Shown: positions 39,420 through 45,763 of the stretch, piece by piece
How positions within the stretch are numbered: position 1 is the first letter of the stretch
How the letters are laid out: every line of letters begins with the position of its first letter
Source of the DNA: Bacteroidales bacterium
GTDB taxonomy: Bacteria > Bacteroidota > Bacteroidia > Bacteroidales > ML635J-15
Assembly (NCBI GenBank): GCA_031275085.1
Contig: JAISPG010000042.1
Coordinates: 8,071 to 72,070 of the forward strand
DNA: 64,000 bases
Reading direction: 5' to 3'
The notes under the pieces: model-generated
What the model was told of the DNA's origin: nothing
Seen by the model: only the letters and a program-made list of their open reading frames with translations
Database searches by the model: none
Translations under genes and position numbers: made by a program

Positions 39420-39435
39420 TGGCAAGATTTTAGTA
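39420..39435 (+). promoter_or_regulatory. putative sigma-54 -24/-12 promoter (TGGCAAGATTTTAGTA)
   Basis: The GG lies 64 bp from the dyad centre and the element ends 77 nt before the ATG. The -12 position reads AGT. Confidence 0.5.
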
Positions 39436-39511
39436 TATATTTATAACAATTAAATTAAAAAAGTGATTTTTTTGTTAGCCATGAGAAGTACTAAATATAA
39501 AAATTCTTTTT

Positions 39512-41854
39512 ATGAAAACAATATTTAAGAATTTTATCCATTTATTGTCAAAATTCAGGACATCAAGTATTTTCAATATTCTGGGTTTATCTGTTGCATT
39601 AGTTGTGTTTTTTATTGTATTAATGCAAGTCCATTACGATTTTACATTCGACCGTGGATATACTAATTCCAATAAAATTTTTCAGTTTAACAGATATTAC
39701 TTAGAAGATGGCGAAGAAGAAACTTCAACAAATATTAATTTTCAGATTCCTGAATTTCTAAAAGAGTCATTTCCGGAAATTGAAAATTATTGTATGCTTT
39801 CTAACTGGGGAAGTAGCGAATTTGATATTCTCAAAGAAGATGATTTTGTTGAAACATACAATATCCCTTTTATCCGCTCAACTCCGGGATTTTGGAAAGT
39901 TTTTTCTCCCGAAATAATTTACGGCGACACTACCGCAATATTTTCAGCTCCTGGGAGAGCAATGATTTCGGAAAAAACTGCCGAAAAACTTTTTGGAGAA
40001 GAAAATGCTTTAGGGAAAACCATTGATTTTCATTATAGTTCTTCGCCAATGACGGTTCAGGCTGTTTATCGCGATTTTCCCGAAAATTCTTCCATAGGCA
40101 ACGGATTATATACATATTTACAGAAGTACGATGAAACAGAATGGAGTTTTCATGCATATTTTCTGATTAATCCTCAAAACATAACCTTTGTCAGGGAAAA
40201 AATCAATTCAGCCGAAATTATTAGTGAAGAAACTTTTAACTACCTTAAAGAAAATCCCGATATTATTCTTGAAAACAGATTGTCCTGCTTAAACGAACTT
40301 TATCTGGATGATTCGGGCATGGGCGGAAGCAAACGTATCAATACAACAATTACACTGCTCGTTATTGGTATCTTAACATTGTTCGTTGCTTTTGTGAATT
40401 TTATTAATCTTTCATTGGCAATGTCTCCATCTCGGGTAAGGAGAATAAATATTCATAAAGTACTCGGAATAAACAAATTAAAATTACGATTTACAATATC
40501 CCTCGAAAGCGTTTTTTTAACCATAATCTCATTAATCCTGGCTTTTCTGGGAATATCATTCCTTAAAGACACATCGTTTGCACAGGGTATATTTTCAACA
40601 AATCTTTCATTATGGCAGCATTCCGGATTATTATTAGCTGCAATGGCTATAATTTTAATAATTGCTCTCCTGATAGGACTTTACACATCAAAATACACAA
40701 TATCTTTTGATGTATCGGAAGCCCTGAAAGGTTCGTTTTCTCTGGGAATAAAAGGTAAAAGATTACGTAATGTACTTATAGTTATCCAGTTTACAACAGC
40801 AATTGCATTAATTTGTATTTCAACATTTATAAAACTACAGCACAACCACATGTTGAACCACGATTGGGGTATTCCGAAAGAAAATGTTGTTTATATGCCT
40901 CTTTATGGTTTGGGACAGAATGCCGAAGCCTTTGGACAGGAATTATTAAGGAATCCCAATATTAAAGATTATTGCATAACCCGCGACCTTCCCGGAGGGG
41001 TTGGAATGAGTTGGGGACGTGAGTTTGAAGGAAAAGACATCAGTCTTTTTGTCTGGTCTGTAGATGACAGGTTTTTCGACTTTTTTGAAGTTGACATCAT
41101 TGAAGGACGTAAACCCGAACATATGGATTCTGTTGTTTCACAAATTGTTTTAAATGAAACATTTTTGAAAAAATACGAATTTGATGCCGAACTTGTAGGC
41201 AAAGATTTTCCTGCTTTTGGTCCCGGACGAGTTCAAGCCATAGCAAAAGATGTAAACTTTCAGTCACTGCATGTACCTATTACGCCTATGGCTTTCGGAG
41301 TTTTATCTCAATGGAATAATTTTAGTTATTTTCTTGTAAAGTTAAGCGGAAATAATCTTAGAGAAGAAATAGCATATATTGAACAAACATGGAATCAGTT
41401 TAGTAAAGAACCGTTTGAAGTTCGTTTCCTTGACGAAAATATGGATAATTTGTACAAACAGGAAAACAACATGGCAAAATTAATTGGTATTTTTGGGTTT
41501 ATAATTGTGATAATTGCCATAATGGGAGTTTACGGACTTATACTTTTCAATACAAAGTACAAAGAAAAAGAAATTGCCATACGCAAAGTAAACGGCTCAA
41601 CCGAAAAAGAAATTATATTTATGCTGAATCGTTCTATAGTGTTGCAATTGATAATCGCATTTATATTAGCCATTCCTATCGTTTACTTTTTTGTAGACAA
41701 ATGGCTCAACAACTTTGCTTATAAAATTTCCATTTCGTGGTGGGTATTTTTGCTTGGCGGACTTGTTATTTTTATAATCACACTTGCTACCGTTACAATT
41801 CAAAGTTATAAGGCAGCTGTGATGAATCCTGTAAAGTCATTGAATAAAGAATAA
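39512..41854 (+). CDS. MacB-type ABC transporter permease with duplicated FtsX domains (ftsX-2)
   Basis: 780 aa with the same architecture. It is the closest paralogue of ftsX-3; their termini align by eye. Confidence 0.85.
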   Translation: MKTIFKNFIHLLSKFRTSSIFNILGLSVALVVFFIVLMQVHYDFTFDRGYTNSNKIFQFNRYYLEDGEEETSTNINFQIPEFLKESFPEIENYCMLSNWGSSEFDILKEDDFVETYNIPFIRSTPGFWKVFSPEIIYGDTTAIFSAPGRAMISEKTAEKLFGEENALGKTIDFHYSSSPMTVQAVYRDFPENSSIGNGLYTYLQKYDETEWSFHAYFLINPQNITFVREKINSAEIISEETFNYLKENPDIILENRLSCLNELYLDDSGMGGSKRINTTITLLVIGILTLFVAFVNFINLSLAMSPSRVRRINIHKVLGINKLKLRFTISLESVFLTIISLILAFLGISFLKDTSFAQGIFSTNLSLWQHSGLLLAAMAIILIIALLIGLYTSKYTISFDVSEALKGSFSLGIKGKRLRNVLIVIQFTTAIALICISTFIKLQHNHMLNHDWGIPKENVVYMPLYGLGQNAEAFGQELLRNPNIKDYCITRDLPGGVGMSWGREFEGKDISLFVWSVDDRFFDFFEVDIIEGRKPEHMDSVVSQIVLNETFLKKYEFDAELVGKDFPAFGPGRVQAIAKDVNFQSLHVPITPMAFGVLSQWNNFSYFLVKLSGNNLREEIAYIEQTWNQFSKEPFEVRFLDENMDNLYKQENNMAKLIGIFGFIIVIIAIMGVYGLILFNTKYKEKEIAIRKVNGSTEKEIIFMLNRSIVLQLIIAFILAIPIVYFFVDKWLNNFAYKISISWWVFLLGGLVIFIITLATVTIQSYKAAVMNPVKSLNKE

Positions 41855-41873
41855 ATATAAACTAAAAATGAGT

Positions 41874-42076
41874 GGTTCGACTCTGCTCACCAACTGAGGA
41901 ATGAGAAATAAAAAATGAAGAAGTAAAAGAATGGAGAAGTTAATAGAAGTTAAAGAAAGGACAATTTGCTACTAAATAAGAAATACAGAAAAATTTGCAA
42001 CTGATTAAAAATGAGAAATAAATTTAAATAATTAATAAAATAATAACAACCTTAGTGCGGTGAGCGGAGCCGAACC
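41874..42076. repeat. MITE-like element: 18-bp imperfect terminal inverted repeats around a purine-rich ~170-bp core
   Basis: GGTTCGACTCTGCTCACC (41874-41891) matches the reverse complement of GGTGAGCGGAGCCGAACC (42059-42076) at 16 of 18 positions. There is no ORF inside. Confidence 0.55.
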
Positions 42077-42109
42077 GTACCTCTGTGGTTACTTAAAATT
42101 GAAATAATT

Positions 42110-42790
42110 ATGATAAAAATTGAAAATTTAAGAAAAGTATTCAGAACAGAAGAAGTAGAAACTGTTGCTTTAAATGGAGTATCAATGGGAGTCGGTGATG
42201 GCGAATTCGTAGCCATAATGGGACCTTCCGGTTGCGGAAAATCAACATTGTTGAATATCTTAGGTTTGTTGGATAACCCTACATCCGGAGAATATTTTCT
42301 TGCAGAGCAGGAAGTCGGACATTTAAAAGAAAAATACCGTACCGAAACCCGTAAGGGAAAAATCGGCTTTGTCTTTCAGAGTTTTAACCTTATCGAAGAA
42401 ATGACGGTTTACGAAAATGTAGAACTACCTTTGATATATCTGAAAATAAAACCTTCGGAACGTAAAAAACTTGTAGAAGAAGCACTTCGCAGGATGAACA
42501 TAAGTCATCGTACAAAACATTTTCCAAACCAGCTTTCGGGAGGTCAGCAGCAACGTGTTGCAATTGCGCGTGCAGTAGTTGCAAATCCTAAACTGATTCT
42601 TGCCGATGAACCTACCGGAAATCTGGATTCTAAAAACGGAAAAGATGTTATGACTTTGCTGTCAGAGCTAAATCGTGAAGGTACAACAATTGTAATGGTT
42701 ACTCACTCGCAGCATGATGCGTCTTATGCTCACAGAATTATAAATCTGTTTGACGGGCAAATTGTTACGGAAGTTGAGAGTAAGATGTAG
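42110..42790 (+). CDS. ABC transporter ATP-binding protein (MacB/LolD type)
   Basis: 226 aa with Walker A GPSGCGKS, the signature LSGGQQQR, Walker B LILADEPT and an H-loop (VTHS). Confidence 0.92.
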   Translation: MIKIENLRKVFRTEEVETVALNGVSMGVGDGEFVAIMGPSGCGKSTLLNILGLLDNPTSGEYFLAEQEVGHLKEKYRTETRKGKIGFVFQSFNLIEEMTVYENVELPLIYLKIKPSERKKLVEEALRRMNISHRTKHFPNQLSGGQQQRVAIARAVVANPKLILADEPTGNLDSKNGKDVMTLLSELNREGTTIVMVTHSQHDASYAHRIINLFDGQIVTEVESKM

Positions 42791-43156
42791 AGAAATAGGT
42801 TTGTTATTGTAATATAATGTAAGAATAATTTTTTTGAGAACTGCACATTTGAGAAAATCATATTTCAAGTTCACAAATTTAATTATTTCTTAATAAAAAG
42901 ACAAATTTTGATGAATACTTCTTTCTTTTTCTAAAAATTTCTTATCATACACCATTGATAATAAATGATTTATGAAAGCATTGTATTAAAATGAATCAAA
43001 AACGCACTTTCAAATGAGCAATTTTTTAAATAATTGTTGATTTTGTTGTGCAATTGTTGTATATTTAATAGAAAGTGACTAAAATTATAAAACCATATAG
43101 ATTTATTAACACAATTATTTGAAAAATAAGATATATATTTGTAAGAAAATACCGGA

Positions 43157-43624
43157 ATGGAAGATATTAGATGGCGTCAGCGTTTTGACAATTATCGTAA
43201 GGCATTAACAAAGTTATCAAATAATATTGATTATATAAAAGAAAAATATAATCATATGGATCTTAATAATGATAAAATCTACAGCGATATAGCTCTGACT
43301 ATTGAAGATATCTATAAACAAGGCTTGATACAAAGCTTTGAATTTACCCATGAATTAGCCTAGAAAGTTATGCAGGATTTTGCCAGAGATCAGGGTAATA
43401 ACGAAATACATGGAAGTAAAGATGCAACCCGATATGCGGCTCAGGTAAATATTATCGGTAATGCTCATGTTTGGATGGATATGATAATCAGCCGCAACGA
43501 AACTTCCCATACTTATAATGAAAGTACGGCTAACACTATTTTCTCGACCATCATTACAAAATATTATCCATTATTGTTGGATTTTGAAACCAAAATAGAA
43601 AGTATTTGTAATGAAAATCAATGA
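43157..43624 (+). pseudogene. HI0074-family HEPN (nucleotidyltransferase substrate-binding) toxin gene interrupted by one in-frame TAG
   Basis: ORFs 43157-43363 and 43370-43624 are in the same frame. The TAG at 43361-43363 replaces the Trp of the conserved F-E-F-T-x-E-L-A-W-K motif. The HEPN Rx4H motif (RNETSH) lies in the downstream part. Confidence 0.8.
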
Positions 43625-43946
43625 AAACGATATTGAACAACAAACAGGCTTATCGAACAGCGACATGGCAAAAATAATATCTATTTTTGCCGAATTTCCG
43701 GCATTAGAAAAAGTTTGGCTTTACGGTTCGCGGGCAAAAGGTAATTTTCAACCCTATTCGGACATTGATATAACTTTGCAAGGAAACGCATTGAATATAG
43801 AAATACAACATCAAATAGAATGGGCACTGGATGATTTATTTCTTCCTTATACTTTTGATGTATCCATTTTATCAGCCATTAGTAACCAAAATTTACTTGC
43901 TCACATTAATCGTGTTGGTATTCTGATATATGAAAAAGAAACCTGA
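43611..43946 (+). CDS. minimal nucleotidyltransferase (MNT, HI0073-like antitoxin)
   Basis: 111 aa with the pol-beta NTase motif LYGSRAKGN...SDIDI. It overlaps the HEPN gene by 14 nt. Confidence 0.85.
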   Translation: MKINENDIEQQTGLSNSDMAKIISIFAEFPALEKVWLYGSRAKGNFQPYSDIDITLQGNALNIEIQHQIEWALDDLFLPYTFDVSILSAISNQNLLAHINRVGILIYEKET

Positions 43947-44147
43947 AAAATTCTAATAAACTTAATTAATAAAAAACAGCATCTAATTCTGTTATCCGAA
44001 TACTATTCCACTTTGGGCTTTCGGATTGAATTATTAAACTTATCAGGTTAAGAAAATAAATTCTTTTAAGTGTATTTTTATTACAATAAATACATATTTT
44101 GCCTATGTTTTGTTACAAAATGATTATTTTTTTGAATTAAGATTAAA

Positions 44148-45485
44148 CTACAAATGAGTTTTTAATATTTTATTAATATTACCTGCATAATAAAACGGAA
44201 CATTGTATAAATTAAATTCTTTTCCCGATTGCGTTTTTACCTTATCAATAGAAAAAGGATTATTCCAAATCCTGATTGCTGTGGAATGATTTGTATTTTC
44301 CATGAATATATGCAGAGATTTTAGTTTTGAATTATGTCCTGATTTTACTTCAAGTGGAATTAACATGTTTTCATATTGTATGATGAAATCAATTTCTGAA
44401 TCTGCACCTTTTTTGTCCCGGACCCAAAATATCCTTTTATTTGAAAGTTTAGTATTTGCAGCTAAAAGTTCTTGGGCTACAATTTGTTCTGCAATTAATC
44501 CTCTCCAAATATCAGTTATATCCTTTGTACCAAAAATTTCTCTTTGGATATTTGCCGAATAATTTACTAATCCCGTATCCAACCAGAATAATTTCGGTTT
44601 ACGTTTATGATTAGTTACCAGGGGAAGCATATAATTAGTTGTGGGATAAGTAAGCTCCAATAACATTGCTTTTTCAAGAGTGCGAAAAGCTTCTCCCATT
44701 TCTCTTGCTTTGTAGGATGAGCCGGCAAAACTTCCTATGGTTATTCTTTGTGCTGCAAAAGACCAGCCTTCATCTAATATATATCGTATAGCGTGCGCCA
44801 TTGTCTGGTTTCGGGCATATTTTTCCACATCTTCTTTATAACCAAATAAAAGAGATTCATAAATATTATTGATAGCTACTAAATCTTTGTATTTTGAATA
44901 AAAGCTAACAACTTCAGGCATTCCTCCTATTAGCGTATATGTATTGAATAAATCTGAAATTTTGTTATGTATAACCTCAGGAACAGACAATTCCACTACA
45001 GCCTTTTTAATCTCGGTTTCCCCCATAGCACCAAGAAATTCATCAAAAGTGCAAGGTCTTATTGCCATGTATTCAACTCTGCCGACAGGAAATGAAATAT
45101 GTGTGTCAATTAAGCTTTCAAGTAACGAACCTGCTGCAATTACATAAAGTTCAGGAATTTGTTCGTAAAAATATCTTAACTGCATTATTGCTTTTGTTGA
45201 ATTTTGTATTTCATCAATAAATAATAATGTCTTATTGTTTGTCTTTGGTTTATTGCAATATAAATAGATCCCTGATAATATTTCTTCAATCCCTTTTTCG
45301 GTTTCAAAAAGTTCTTTTGCCTGGGATATTTCTAAATTTAAGTATAAATAAGTGTCAAAATCTTTGCTGAATTCGTTAATAAGAGTGGTTTTTCCTACTT
45401 GTCTGGCTCCTCTGAGAACCAAAGGCTTTCGATTCAGACCTCCCGCCCAGATTCTTAATTGTTTTATAATATTTCTTTCAAACAT
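44148..45485 (-). CDS. AAA-family ATPase with a DUF4143 C-terminal domain (COG1373 type)
   Basis: 445 aa with Walker A GARQVGKTT, Walker B LLFIDEIQ and a C-terminal restriction-endonuclease-like segment (EIDFIIQYENMLIPLEVKSG). Confidence 0.85.
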   Translation of the reverse strand: MFERNIIKQLRIWAGGLNRKPLVLRGARQVGKTTLINEFSKDFDTYLYLNLEISQAKELFETEKGIEEILSGIYLYCNKPKTNNKTLLFIDEIQNSTKAIMQLRYFYEQIPELYVIAAGSLLESLIDTHISFPVGRVEYMAIRPCTFDEFLGAMGETEIKKAVVELSVPEVIHNKISDLFNTYTLIGGMPEVVSFYSKYKDLVAINNIYESLLFGYKEDVEKYARNQTMAHAIRYILDEGWSFAAQRITIGSFAGSSYKAREMGEAFRTLEKAMLLELTYPTTNYMLPLVTNHKRKPKLFWLDTGLVNYSANIQREIFGTKDITDIWRGLIAEQIVAQELLAANTKLSNKRIFWVRDKKGADSEIDFIIQYENMLIPLEVKSGHNSKLKSLHIFMENTNHSTAIRIWNNPFSIDKVKTQSGKEFNLYNVPFYYAGNINKILKTHL

Positions 45486-45510
45486 TTGTTTTTTTACAAA
45501 GATAATTATT

Positions 45511-45609
45511 TTGTTTCAAAGTAGGGGTATATTTTTAGTTTTTTTGTTTCAAAGTAGGGGTGTATTTTTAAATTTTTTGTTTCAAAGTAGGGGTATGCTT
45601 TTATTTTAA
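45511..45609. repeat. 3 x 33-bp tandem direct repeat (core TTGTTTCAAAGTAGGGGT)
   Basis: Cores lie at 45511-45528, 45544-45561 and 45577-45594, an exact 33-bp period. A degenerate fourth copy at 45487-45510 abuts the ATPase start codon. Confidence 0.9.
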
Positions 45610-45631
45610 AGTGATATTATCTATTAAAAAA

Positions 45632-45669
45632 TGTAAACTATCTTATCACTACTGTAAAATAATTTTACA
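45632..45669. promoter_or_regulatory. paired dyad UAS upstream of ftsX-3
   Basis: The degenerate site TGTAAACTATCTTATCA is at 45632-45648 and the perfect TGTAAAATAATTTTACA is at 45653-45669. Confidence 0.7.
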
Positions 45670-45723
45670 CTTTTAAAACAATATTAAATCATTAAGCTAC
45701 TAATTATCAATCAATAATCATTT

Positions 45724-45739
45724 TGGTAAATTCTTTGCT
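45724..45739 (+). promoter_or_regulatory. putative sigma-54 -24/-12 promoter (TGGTAAATTCTTTGCT)
   Basis: This is the best match to the TGG-N9-TTGC consensus. The GG lies 64 bp from the dyad centre and the element ends 25 nt before the ATG. Confidence 0.65.
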
Positions 45740-45763
45740 TAAGTTTATTATTATTTATAATCT

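Noticed and set aside
41871-41895. A tRNA-like T-arm sequence (GGTTCGACTC) suggested a tRNA gene or fragment.
   Set aside because: The flanking bases do not form a T-stem, acceptor stem or anticodon arm. The sequence is better explained as one arm of the inverted repeat at 41874/42059.
43361-43363. The in-frame TAG in the HEPN gene could indicate stop-codon reassignment or an alternative genetic code.
   Set aside because: TAG ends other well-supported genes in the window with normal C-termini, for example lemA at 12428-12430. A code change is therefore not supported, and a nonsense mutation or a sequencing error is simpler.
37659-44026. A 14-bp inverted match, CCCAAAGTGGAATA at 37659-37672 and TATTCCACTTTGGG at 44013-44026, brackets the AbiE/ftsX-2/ATPase/HEPN-MNT block and could mark an invertible or mobile segment.
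   Set aside because: The match is only 14 bp and similarity does not extend beyond it. By rough estimate, dozens of 14-mer matches are expected by chance in 64 kb of AT-rich DNA. A whole-genome repeat search might change this view.
45352-45609. An 85-aa plus-strand ORF runs through the 33-bp tandem repeats, giving the repeated peptide LFQSRG. I also considered a mini CRISPR array here.
   Set aside because: The ORF is only a translation of the tandem repeat and overlaps the ATPase gene in antisense. The repeat core is 18 bp, and the 15-bp spacers are related to one another. There are only 3 copies and no cas genes, so this is neither a CRISPR array nor a credible gene.
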